From NCBI RefSeq assembly GCF_001194135.2, contig NC_068981.1, positions 156,455,284 through 156,519,283 of the forward strand: a DNA stretch of 64,000 bases. Reading direction: 5' to 3'. The stretch comes from Octopus bimaculoides (lineage: Eukaryota). The notes beneath the pieces are model-generated. The model worked only from the letters and a program-made list of their open reading frames with translations, had not been told where the DNA came from and did not search any database. Made by a program: the position numbers and the translations under genes. This document shows, in pieces, positions 52,401 to 64,000 of the stretch (the stretch's first letter is position 1; the number at the start of each line of letters is the position of its first letter).

Positions 52401-53783
52401 GTAAGTTATCAATAAAATGTACAGTCGTCTTTGTCATCATTATTGTTATTGTCATTGCTGTCATAGTTGTCTGCATCATCATCTTCACTGTCATCATTGC
52501 TGTTATCATCGTTGACATGGCCCCTGCTACTGCCATCATCTTCATCATCACCAATACCATCATCAATTGCAGGGTACACAATCCTTGTTTGTCCTTAGAT
52601 TATTTGCCTACTGTACACTATCATCATGGCCCACCATCACCTGACTAAAATTACATGACACAGCGATTTTAACATGCCAGCTGGTATGTAACCAGACACC
52701 ATCAGACCAGTTACCTTACCATGTGGAATGTTAGTACCTGAAGTCACTGAATTCCTAAACCCTATTGGTCAAACCTGTTAGTACCTGTAACTAATAGACT
52801 GTTTCTTCTATCATGTTGAAGCATATTTAAAGTTATCTGAAACTGTCTGACCTTGCTGTTTTATCAGACTATTATGAGACATGAGCTGACAAGAGGAGGC
52901 CTAAATATTCTCACCTAGAAGCCATCTTTAAATTTTCTTCATTCTGAGTATGTATCTGAGGATGGAAATGCAAATTCTACCTTACAAAGTTTGATTTAAC
53001 CTCAGTTCTTCATTACAGATATTTCTCTTTCACCTCTAGTGCATGTCACCAATTCCATTATCAATGGAGCTTATAATCTGTTAACAAAATATCTTTAATA
53101 ATTGCACAAGCACTTAGGAAAAATACTTTTTCATGTATAATATAATAGCATAATTTGTAGAGCGTCATGTAAAATACTTTATGGTATTTGCTTATGTCCC
53201 TTTACATTCAGTCTTCAAACTTGCCCAAACTTTTTTCATGTTAAATCTTTCTGAAGTTGAGAAAAGAAATGCTATTATAGCAGAGATATGTGCAAGGTAG
53301 GTAGTTCCTATTCAATCTAAAATTGTAAATGTTAATTAAGGAATATAACAAGTAAATTATTTCACTTTAATTAGAAAATGTGAATTTAAGGTATCAAATC
53401 CATTACATAATTCAAGAACATTTTGAAATTAGACAGGTAGAATTTCAATCCTTTCAACTACAATATATACATTTAGGTGTGATTATGTTGTATTGTGTGC
53501 TATGGGTGTAACTACAAAATGTATTAAATAACATTCCATAAATGAAAAAGGGATTTGTGCCTTTTGCTCAGTGTCATATCAATCAAAGAGTTGGAAGAAA
53601 TACTGGAATATATGTTTTGTTGTATTTCTTCTGACCCTTTACTTTTTGAGTTCAAATCCCACTGGAATCAATTTTTCCATTTTGTCTTTTTGGGTTAAGT
53701 GCCAGTCAAGTGCTGAGGTCAATGTAATCACCCTTCAGAATTGCTGGTTTTGTGCCTCAATCAAAAACCATTATTGTTGATGT

Positions 53784-55442
53784 TCGTCATCATTATCATC
53801 ATCGTTTAGCATCCGCTTTCCATGCTGGCATGGGTTGGACGGTTTGACTGAGGGCTGGCGAGCCAGATGGCTACACCAGGCTCCAATCTGATCTGGCAGA
53901 GTTTCTACAGCTGGATGCCTTTCCTAACGCCAACCACTCCAAGAGTGTAGTGGATGCTTTTTATGTGCCACTGGCATGAGGGCCAGTCAGGCAGTACTGG
54001 CATCGACCACACTCAAATGGTGCTTTTTACGTGCCACCAGCATAGAAGTCAGTCAGATGGCACTGGCAACGATCATGCTCGAATGGTGCTTTTAACATGC
54101 CACTAGCACAGATGCCAATCAGGCAGTAATGTCATCGGCCATGACAACGATTTCACTTGCCTCAATAGGTCTTCATGAGCACAGTTTATTGCCCAATGAT
54201 TGAAGGGTACTCTTAAATAGTTAAATAGGCTGGTTATGCTGCACTGGCACAGGTCACGGTTATGGTCTCACTTGTATTGCCGGGTCTTCTCAAGCACACC
54301 ATATCTCCAAAGGTCTCAGTCACTTGTAATTGCCTTGGTGAGGCCCAATATTTGAAGGTCATGCTTTATCACCTCATCCCAGGTCTTCCTGGGTCTACCT
54401 CTTTCACAGGTTCCCTCTACTGGTAGGGTGTGACAATTTTTCACACAGCTGTCCTCATCCATTTGCAACACATGACCATACCAGGGCAGTCGTCTCTCTT
54501 GCACACCACATCTGATGCTTCTTAAATTCAACTTTTCTCTCAGGGTGCTTACTTTCTGTCGTATACTAACATTACACATCCAGCGGGGCATACTGGCTTC
54601 ATTCCTTGCAAGCTTACACTTGTCCTCAGCAGTCATGGCCCATGTTTCACTGCTATGTTGCATGGCTGTTTGCACACAGGCGTCATACAATCTACCTTTT
54701 ACTCTGAGTGAGAGGCCCTTAGTTGCCATGCCAGCAGAGGTAGGAGCTCTCTGAACTTTACCAGGCTATTCTTATTCTAGCAGCTACACTCTCAGAGCAA
54801 CCACCCCTACTACTAACTTGGTTACCTAGGTAATGGAAGCTATCAACTACTTGTAGCTTTTCTCTCTGGAATGTGACAGAAGCTGTTTTCTGCACATTTT
54901 CTGTGTTTATTGCTCCTGAGCATTCGCCACACACAAAAACTATCTTCCCAGTTAGCCTTCCTTTGATATTGCTGCACCTCTTATGTGTCCATAGCTTACA
55001 CTAGGTATATCTTGTGGAGTTTCTACCTACGCCTTTTCTACATATCGAGCAGGGCCATCTACCTGAAAGGATTCATGGTTTGTCTGCCTTCCTACTTACT
55101 AAGATTTTGGTTTTCGCTAGATTAACTCTAATGCCCTTCGATTCTAAACCTTGCTTCCACACCTGAAACTTCTCTTCTAGTTCTGATAATGACTCAGCAA
55201 TTAGAGCAAGGTCATCAACATAGAGAAGCTCCCAGGAGCATCCTGTCTTGAATTCCTCTGTTATTGCCTGGTGGACTATGATAAATAAGAGGGGGCTGAG
55301 GACTGATCTTTGGTGGACCCTACCCCTACTCGAAATTCTTCACTGTACTCATTGCCAATCCTCACCTTACTGACAGCATCCCTGTACATGGCTTGTACAG
55401 CTCTCACTAACCACTCGTCTATCTCTAGTTTCCTCATTGACC
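53784..55442 (-). mobile_element. 5'-truncated RTE LINE in a CCDC146-like intron (antisense to the gene)
   Basis: GVHQRSVLSPLLFIIV and ELLYVDDLALI RT motifs (about 55200-55330), PHD-like finger, ORF 54316-54729, 3' UTR and (GAT)n tail. Confidence 0.93.
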
Positions 55443-55902
55443 AATTTTTATTCCAAGATAAGAGTAATAAAGATGAATAGAGTCAATGAAATGTTCAGTT
55501 AAATGCAATATATATAGTTCAGATTCTAGCAGGGCCACATTCCCATTGATTTCTGTGTAAATGATAAACTTAGAATCAATAATAGATTGATCTTTGACCT
55601 TAGCTGGCAGCCATGAGTCTTATTTCCATGCTTAATTGTGTAAATTGGTATTATTTTTGCTTTTAACTCTTTTTTTTTTTTTTTGCATTTAAACCAGCCA
55701 TATCAGACTCAACTACTCTGCCTGTTTTACATTCAAACCTTTCAGGTCTACCTTACAGTGTCATTCTAAATATAAACAATCACATCATCATAATCTCAAA
55801 ACTACAAGATAACGCATGATTACTTCAAAACTTGTGAATAAATAAGTATTATATTCAACAGAGTAATCTCAATGCTAAACAGATAATGTTGTCTTTCACT
55901 AG

Positions 55903-56118
55903 ATCTAGCTCCAACGTATCAAAATTGTATGAAGAATGTTCTGACTATCTCAGTACTCAACAAGAACTGATGCAAAAACTTGAAGATGCTAATAAATATC
56001 CAAAGAATATTGCTGTGTCAACAGAAATTACTAGCTTACGAGAATCCTTTTTGAGTGCCAGTAACAAATATGCAGAAGTAAAAGAACGTTTAGTTCATTA
56101 TGAATTCAAAATTGAATG
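55903..56118 (+). CDS. CCDC146: CCDC146-like coding exon 3
   Basis: SSSNVSKLYEECSDYLSTQQELMQKLEDANKYPKNIAVSTEITSLRESFLSASNKYAEVKERLVHYEFKIE; 216 nt, phase 2 to 2; compare human ADNFPEAFSTEVSKMREQLL..YNAVKERE (recalled). Confidence 0.82.
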
Positions 56119-58044
56119 GTAAAGTAGTTTATGTTCTTTTTTTTTTCTCTTTTCTTTCTTTATTTTTTGCTTACTGGTTTTGTTAGGGGAGAGAGCAGTG
56201 GCAATAACCTTTTTCAGGGCTACCAAGTTGGTACTGTTTGGCACTTGGATCATAAGAATATGAAAAACCTTCCATCATGAAAAAGTGAATAGCTAATTAA
56301 AACCATTCTGAAGGGAAAATCAGACTTTTTTTTTGTTGGTTTTGTTAATAGTTTGGAGAAAAGAAAAGAAAGAAAAAAATAGAAAAACAAACCCTATGTT
56401 TCTTTCCAACATCTTTAAGAACTATTGGGAGGAAAAGGAGATATATATCCGTAGAATGGAGATCTGATCAGAATGCTTGTAACAAGGTATATTCCACTAT
56501 AGATACTCATGGACCAAATGGTGATGTTTGACTCAATTAAATCCATCCCCTCCAAGAACAGGAACAGTTCCCCTACCAGGTTTTTACATTTTTGCTGTCT
56601 ATCAAATTGCACTCACAAGGCTTTAATCAATTTAAGGTTCAGGCAGAGGATACACTTGCCCAAGGTGCCCCCATTGGAATTGAACCAAAATATTCATATT
56701 ATTGAAGCAAACTTCTTAACCATACAGTAGTGTCAAGCCATTAATTTTTTGCCTTCAAATCTCAGCTGTTGCTCACACACCTACCCACAATAATTTCAAG
56801 AATATTATTTTATACTTCACTTTCCTGTTTTATTATTTAACTTTCTAAATCCAGTCATGTCACTGCTTCAATTTTTGCTAAATCTTATATCAATATTTAT
56901 ATTTATACCTTTGTATCTTTATTTTTTAATTTATTTTTTTAGTATTTTTCATTCATTTTCCTATGCTAGTCTGTTTGGATTTGTTTTTCTTATTAAAGCA
57001 AGTACTTTTAAAGCTGATTGCCTTGCTTACTAATCACTCAGCTGTGTCTTTACAACTAAAATCACTCAACAGTGAGATATGAACTTAATCTATGAACAAT
57101 AGTTAAATTAGAGTTAACATACTTAATGTAGTAAGCATCAGAAATCTAAGCAAAAATAATGTCAGCTTGTAGACTAATCATCAGCATCATTATCATCATT
57201 TGACATCTGTTTTCCATGCTGGTTAGACATTTTGACTGGAGATGATAAGCCGGAGAGCTGCACCAGGCTCCAATCTGTTTTGGCTTGGTTTCTACAGTTG
57301 GATGTCCTTCCTAATGTTAACCACTCCACAGAGTGTACTGGGTATTTTTTAAATGTCACCAATAGGGGTGCCTTTTATGTGTAACCAGCACAGGTGCCTT
57401 TTGCATGTCACTGGCATGGGTTCCTTTNNNNNNNNNNNNNNNNNNNNNNNNNNNNNNNNNNNNNNNNNNNNNNNNNNNNNNNNNNNNNNNNNNNNNNNNN
57501 NNNNNNNNNNNNNNNNNNNNNNNNNNNAGAGAGAGAGAGAGAGAGAGGAGGGGCAGCTTTTTGCTAGTAGATTATGTTAAAGTATGAAAGAAAGGATGAG
57601 AATAGAACAGGTTTCTTTTTGTAGAGGAACTTCATAGTTACTCACATTATAAAAAAGTGAATGGAAATAATAGGGTAGAGTTGAAAAGAGAGACACATTT
57701 GGTTTCCTCATAAAATTCAGCATTACCAACCTCAACCTCCTCAACATCAACTGGAGTTGATTCATTTGACTAAAAATTCTTCAAGGTGGTATTTATGCAA
57801 ATATATCAACGCAATCACTGTAAAACTTAGCACAATGGTTAGACCATACTTTGTTTTAGCAGTTAGGAAGGATGAAAGAACCAAATAATTTCACTGCTCT
57901 ACTGTAAAATCAGTTAAATAGCTTGTTCACTTGCCATTCCAAGTTGTTGAAAACCCTATGTGCTAATCACAATACTTTATAGTAATAATAAACATCTTTC
58001 AGAGTTGTTGATGTTTTTTTCCCACCTCTTTGTATTGCTCAAAT

Positions 58045-59035
58045 ACAGAGAATCTTGCCTCTCACAATATAGAAACATTTCTCATAGTACCTTGATATAA
58101 AAAGGATAGATCTTGAGCACTGTAGATATTTCCTGCAATCAGACCTGCACACAATGCAGCAAGGGATCACGGACTGGCAACTCAGGCTGGCTGTGGACAA
58201 GTGTGCCACTATGCATTTTGGGAGGAAAAACCCAGTGTCTACATACTTCCTCCACAACGTTAATATCAAGAAGTCTTCTTGTGAATTTTAACCTGGGCAT
58301 TACTGTCAGCAGCGATTTGTGCTGGACAAAACACATCTCTAAAATTGTCAAGAAGGCCAAGGGTGTCTTGGCATCACTCAGCAAAATCTTTGTCAGCCAC
58401 TCTCCAGCTATCTATTTAAGGCTGTATATGGTTATGGTGCGGCCACAGTTGGAATTTACATCACCAGTCTGGAACCCCTATCTTGCTCAGAGCATTGACC
58501 TCCTGGAAACTGTTCAGAGACATGCAACCAAGCAAATACCCTCCATCAGGCATTTACCATATTCTGAATGCCTTGCTTCCTTGGGCATGGATACATTGAA
58601 GGTCCGAGTTCTGGCAGCTGACTTGGTAAACATCCACAAAATTATTAACCATTGTGCCAGCAACAACCTTGAGTGCCTTTTTGAATTCCATGTATCTAAC
58701 ACGTGGGCATGCCTACAAAGTCAGAAAACAGCACAGCTCTCATGACTTTCAGAAACCTATTTTCACACTCAGAGTTGCTGAAGCATTGAACAAATTACCT
58801 GCATTAGTTGTTAGCTGCCATGACATTGCATCTTTTAAAATCTCTATGCTTCCTGAAATTTGCCAACACTACACTTGATATCTCCCCACTCCATATGTAT
58901 GCACTCATGTATATCATGACTCATACACTGTTCACTTTCCTGACATTTGTATATAATTCTATGTACTGTACATGCACCTTTAATGAGTTGTAGTGCGTCT
59001 GAGCACTGTACACAATAATTTCACTATTATCATTT
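58045..59035 (+). mobile_element. CR1-clade LINE 3' end
   Basis: LQSDL..WQLRLAVDKCATMHFG, LGITVSSDL.W.KHI, LYMVMVRPQLEFTSPVWNP, LETVQRHATK, PYSECLASLG (ORF 58113-58745). Confidence 0.9.
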
Positions 59036-59866
59036 TAAAATGGAAAAGGTGAGATTAGATACATGTATATTGAACTCCAAGTGCATAACCACATTGTAGT
59101 GGTACTCTAGTAATTTAGAGTAGTAATAGTACAAGGATACCCTGCATTATGGTAATTCTAGTAGCGGTTGTAGAAGTTGTATTTTTTTCTGAAAAAAAGT
59201 TCATAGAAATGCATCATCCTTTATAACATGGAAGTCAGTATAAAAACAAGTTTGCATTATAGAATTTTCCATGTTATAGTGAAGCTTTAAAAATGTAATT
59301 CTTCCCCAGTGAGACTGCAATAGTTCATACAGATAATTAGGACTTCAACCAAGTAACTTCAACTTGTGAGGATATTCTATTCACTGAAACACATTTGTGT
59401 ATTTTTATTGGTTTAACTCAAGTGGTAATATATGAAAACAATGTGACTAATTTGAGTGTTTTGGGTTTTTTTTTTTGGTTTTTTTTCTGAAAGAAAACTT
59501 GTTAAAACAATTACAATAGTTCTAATCATTGAATTAATATTGTCTTTCTATCACTGTACAACTCCTAATTAGAAATATGAAAGAAAATCCTGTATGTTTC
59601 TGTGAGTTTAGATCTCAGAAGAAATGGGTTTTTTTTTTTTTTACTGATAGTTAATCACAACAATGTAATTTTTTTAGCTGAAGTGAAACTAAATTTCAGA
59701 TGAATTTACTTAGATATTGTATTGTACACAATAACACAATGCATTGTCTGAGGTTGTTTGGATTCAAGATCTTTGAGTTTGTAGTAAAGCAAGTTAACCA
59801 CTAGCTATCACCCATCTTAATTAATAATCAAATGTAGTTTAATAACTTTTTATGCTTTTAAAATAG

Positions 59867-59914
59867 GAAGTTCAAGCAAGGCTAAAAGATCTTCAGAAAT
59901 ATATTGATGATTTA
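59867..59914 (+). CDS. CCDC146: CCDC146-like coding exon (partial, runs into an N-gap)
   Basis: aaatag|EVQARLKDLQKYIDDL, then N-gap 59915-60445; compare human EMEKKMKILRESTEEL (recalled). Confidence 0.65.
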
Positions 59915-60444
59915 NNNNNNNNNNNNNNNNNNNNNNNNNNNNNNNNNNNNNNNNNNNNNNNNNNNNNNNNNNNNNNNNNNNNNNNNNNNNNNNNNNNNNN
60001 NNNNNNNNNNNNNNNNNNNNNNNNNNNNNNNNNNNNNNNNNNNNNNNNNNNNNNNNNNNNNNNNNNNNNNNNNNNNNNNNNNNNNNNNNNNNNNNNNNNN
60101 NNNNNNNNNNNNNNNNNNNNNNNNNNNNNNNNNNNNNNNNNNNNNNNNNNNNNNNNNNNNNNNNNNNNNNNNNNNNNNNNNNNNNNNNNNNNNNNNNNNN
60201 NNNNNNNNNNNNNNNNNNNNNNNNNNNNNNNNNNNNNNNNNNNNNNNNNNNNNNNNNNNNNNNNNNNNNNNNNNNNNNNNNNNNNNNNNNNNNNNNNNNN
60301 NNNNNNNNNNNNNNNNNNNNNNNNNNNNNNNNNNNNNNNNNNNNNNNNNNNNNNNNNNNNNNNNNNNNNNNNNNNNNNNNNNNNNNNNNNNNNNNNNNNN
60401 NNNNNNNNNNNNNNNNNNNNNNNNNNNNNNNNNNNNNNNNNNNN

Positions 60445-60488
<44 letters not shown>

Positions 60489-61670
60489 CACATATGTGTG
60501 TGTGTGTGTGCATCTTTGTGTCTATGTTTGTTCCCCTCACCACTACTTGACAACTGGTGTTAGTGTGTTTACATCCACATAACTTAGTGGTTCAGGAAAA
60601 GAGACCGATAGAGTAAATATCAGGCTTTAAAAAAATAAGTACTGGGCTCGATACATTCGACTAAAATTTCAAGGCAGTGCCCAGCATGGCAACAGTCAAA
60701 TGACTGAAACAAGTAGAAGATAGAAAATAAAAGATAAAGATGAGTTCTTTCTTAGCTGAAAAGCTGAACAGTAGAGAATGAAGATGGTGTTATATCTTAT
60801 TTAAATTAGCAGTTTCCAATTAGTACTTCATAAAGTACATTAACCTTGTAAACTTTTAATTGTATTTATCTAAGTATTTGGAAGCAATGAAAAGATAAGA
60901 ATATGACACACTTAATGAATGGATACAAAGCTGATGGCAATGAAGGTTGAAGAACACCCCCATAACAAAGTGTGCTACAGTTTCTACCTCCAAAACCAAT
61001 GAGCAGAAACATTGATTCTAATATATAAATGACCCATCTTAGTATATATCATTATCATTATTATCATTGTCATTTAACGTCTGTCTTCCGTGCATGCATG
61101 GGTATTATGGTTGACAAGAGCTAGCCAGGTACAAAACTGCCTCAGGCTACTGCATCTGTTTTGGCAGGGTTTTTATGGCTGAAGGCCCTTCCTAACACCA
61201 ACCACCCACCCAGCAGAGTGAACTCAGTGCTTTTTACATGGCACTAGCACAGGCAATGTCAGTTTTGGCATGATTTTTACAACTGGATGCCCTTCCAAAT
61301 GCCAACCACTTTAGAGTGTGGATTGGATGCTTTTTACGTGGCACCTGTACTGGCAGGGTCATCAAGTAACTTGCAAGACAAGACAAGGAATTTTGAGAGG
61401 GGTGGGGGCGTTGGAGGAGGGGATCTTGTGTTAGATAATGAAGGATTAGAGTGTGACAGAGAGACAGAGAGACATAAACATATTACATTTATTGACAAAG
61501 AAACAAGTAAGCTCAAAAAATAATCCTCACTAACAAGAGTAAGAGTTTAGTCGATATCATCTATTAAAATTACTAGGGATGTCTAAACATTTTATAGAAA
61601 AGAAAGTTTCTTAGAATATACAATTCCTCATAGCTTATTTTTTGTCTTTGATTTCATTACAATCACTCAG

Positions 61671-61744
61671 ATGGAGCTTTATCAAATAGCATCTCAGCCA
61701 AATCAAATTGCAAAAGAAGCAGATAAGATTTCCAGAAAGATACA
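61671..61744 (+). CDS. CCDC146: CCDC146-like coding exon (74 nt)
   Basis: ctcag|MELYQIASQPNQIAKEADKISRKI(Q)|GTAAGT; compare human DEVAHHQTIPVQIGKEIEKITRKK (recalled). Confidence 0.82.
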
Positions 61745-63173
61745 GTAAGTATATGGTGCATTTTAGAACAAGTCCACAAACCTTTTGATACCATCTTGTA
61801 CTAGGAAACCTTACTAGTGCAATCCTTTGAATTACAATATAGTTTTAAAGTAAAAGTAATCTGTAAAAACTCTTCGTGATAAGTGCTAAATTTTGTTTTT
61901 TTTGTTGACTGACAGTGATGAGGACTCTATCAGCCTCATCCCAGAAAATTCTTGTAGGAAGGTAATAACTCCAAATACAAACTGACACAGGACACAGGGG
62001 CCTCTTTAGTCCTACTGAAGACAACTTCTCTCCAGTGCTGGTGGCATGATAAAATGCATTCCATGCTGTAATCTGGTTCATGATAGAAAGGGTATTAAAC
62101 TTGAAAAAGGAAAAAAAAGGAAAAAACAAAAAATACATAGATAAATATGTAAACTGGTATATGATGCTGCAATAATTAAGATATTATGAGGATTGTCTAT
62201 CGCATACAAGAATAGGAAAAGACAACATCATCATCATCATCATCATCATAGCGGTGGTGGTGGTGGTGGTGGTGGTGATGGTGGCAGAAGCGTCAGCAGT
62301 GGTGGTGGTGGTTATACAGCAAGTATAGTGGGATGTAGATAATTAAAGAAAATTTATGGAGTTGTCTTAATGTCAGCAGCCTTGTACACTAGCCCATACC
62401 TAATTATTGAGACACATGAAATTTAGTAGAAATCTCCCTTACCTGCCTTGAAAAATATTAACCATTAAACTAATGGATTTTTTCCTTCTCTCTGTAATTA
62501 TCAGTTCATGTTCACTTTCCATGCTGGCATAGATTAGACAAGTTGTCACTGACTGAGTCATTTCTTACAGGGAGCCACTGCTTTTATAAACTGGTTTCTA
62601 TAGCTGGATGGCCTTCCTTTTGTCAATCACTTTACACAGTGTATTGAGTGCATTTTCTGGTTGCACCAGCACTAGCATGGCAGATAAGACCTGTTATTAA
62701 CTCCTCTACTCAGGAAAGAGAGAGATTGATGACAGCGGAAAGGCCAGAATCATTGAGAGAAAGGAACAAGGGGTAAAGCATAGAGCATACTCGGTAATCT
62801 AAGACATGTATTTTGACTCAAGTAACTGAGGAAGGAAATAGGAGAGGGGAAAAATAGAATGGCCAAGATCCCAGAAGGACCCCAAGCTCATGGATCTCAA
62901 AAGACCCATTGTGTTTTGGATATTCAAAGAGAAAAACTTCTGATTAAGATCAGAATGTAAATAGGAATGACAGGTGGCTCTGCATGTTGGCTAGTGTCTT
63001 CTCCTATAGTCACTGGTTGACCAAATATCTTATGAGTTAAATTAATTAAAATTGATTTAAGTTACACATGCCCTTCGTATGTAAATTTAATTAATTTTAA
63101 TTTGTTTGGTAATTAGTTTTGTAGTATATTGTTTTGCACTCTAGCTGCGCTGTTTTCTTGTTTCCACTTTTAG

Positions 63174-63401
63174 AGAGATTGAAAAGAAAAAAATGGTTGT
63201 ACAGCTTGAGTTTGATGAATGTTTTGAGACTCTGAGAAGTTTAGAGAGTATAAGTTTGGAACGAGACAAAGAAAAGCAGAATCTAGTTGAAAGTCTTCAG
63301 AAGACTTCCTTATCAAAATTAGAAATAGAGAAAAACATATATGCACTGAAGAGCTCCCTTGAACAAGTAAAAGATAGACTAGCACAAAAGTGTACAGAAA
63401 A
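63174..63401 (+). CDS. CCDC146: CCDC146-like coding exon (228 nt); gene continues beyond the window
   Basis: ttttag|EIEKKKMVVQLEFDECFETLRSLESISLERDKEKQNLVESLQKTSLSKLEIEKNIYALKSSLEQVKDRLAQKCTE|GTGAGT; phase 2 to 2, continuous with the 74-nt exon; heptad character. Confidence 0.82.
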
Positions 63402-64000
63402 GTGAGTATTTTTTTAAACATTATTTTATTGTCCAAAATAATAGAATACCAAACTGGATTTATTGCATTCTTCTTTATATTGTAGTCATATTAAAGCACT
63501 GAGGTAGTTGAAATAGGATAAAAAGGGACTTGAGCATATCTAGGTCCCTCAGATTATACAGAGTATACTGGGTGTTTGCAAACATAACCTTTGAGTTCAT
63601 AAATGGAAGATGAACTTACATAATGTTTTGTGAATACATCAGATTAATTATGACTCTCATTTCTCTGCTCAAATTATCTATAGCACCAGCATGGTAGATT
63701 ATAATCAAGTACAAGAAATCAAAAGTATGCTGTGTTTGTTGTTCTATCTGCCAACCATAAAGACAGAGATTATCATTTAATGATTTATATATATATATAG
63801 ATAGATATATATAAGGTGAAAAGGAGATAGAAAATGGAAGATTCAATAATTTTTATTAATTTCTATAATTCTTTTGAAACATCAAGCATCGATCCCTCAT
63901 GGGTGAGATACTTAACAACTGGTTCAGGAGCATATACATATACATACATATAGATATATACATATATGTATATATGTATGTATATATATATATATATATA

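Noticed and set aside
52420-52570. Met/Thr-rich ORF 52393-52581
   Set aside because: Degenerate (CAT/TGT)n triplet repeat.
63693-63735. Possible next CCDC146 exon (TSMVDYNQVQEIK)
   Set aside because: Splice sites are plausible but similarity to the expected segment is too weak and the length too short to support a call.

Overview
AT-rich, microsatellite-dense animal genomic DNA with four N-gaps. The repeat repertoire looks like an octopus or other coleoid cephalopod genome (inference). Two protein-coding genes lie head-to-head. (1) A complete 10-exon RUVBL1/pontin CDS on the minus strand (46330 to 30956): 1371 nt, 456 aa, all splice junctions GT-AG and phase-consistent. (2) The 5' part of a coiled-coil gene on the plus strand that I read as CCDC146/MBO2 (ATG at 51369, six coding exons found to 63401). 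One of its exons is cut by a gap and one phase-bridging exon was not found. The rest is transposon debris: RTE LINEs carrying a PHD-type finger, two R4/Dong-type restriction-like-endonuclease tails in (TAA)n, a CR1 3' end, Tigger, mariner and Tc1-like relics, hAT and other MITEs, Helentron-like INEs and several tRNA-derived SINE families. The most unusual items are a 185-bp near-perfect CpG-rich palindrome with telomeric repeats flanking its loop (RUVBL1 intron 1), a Penelope-type minimal hammerhead ribozyme motif, RUVBL1 codons one A-to-G change from conserved residues, and RFX X-box-like motifs in the shared upstream region. No database searches were run; family names and comparisons with human proteins rest on motif recognition and recall.
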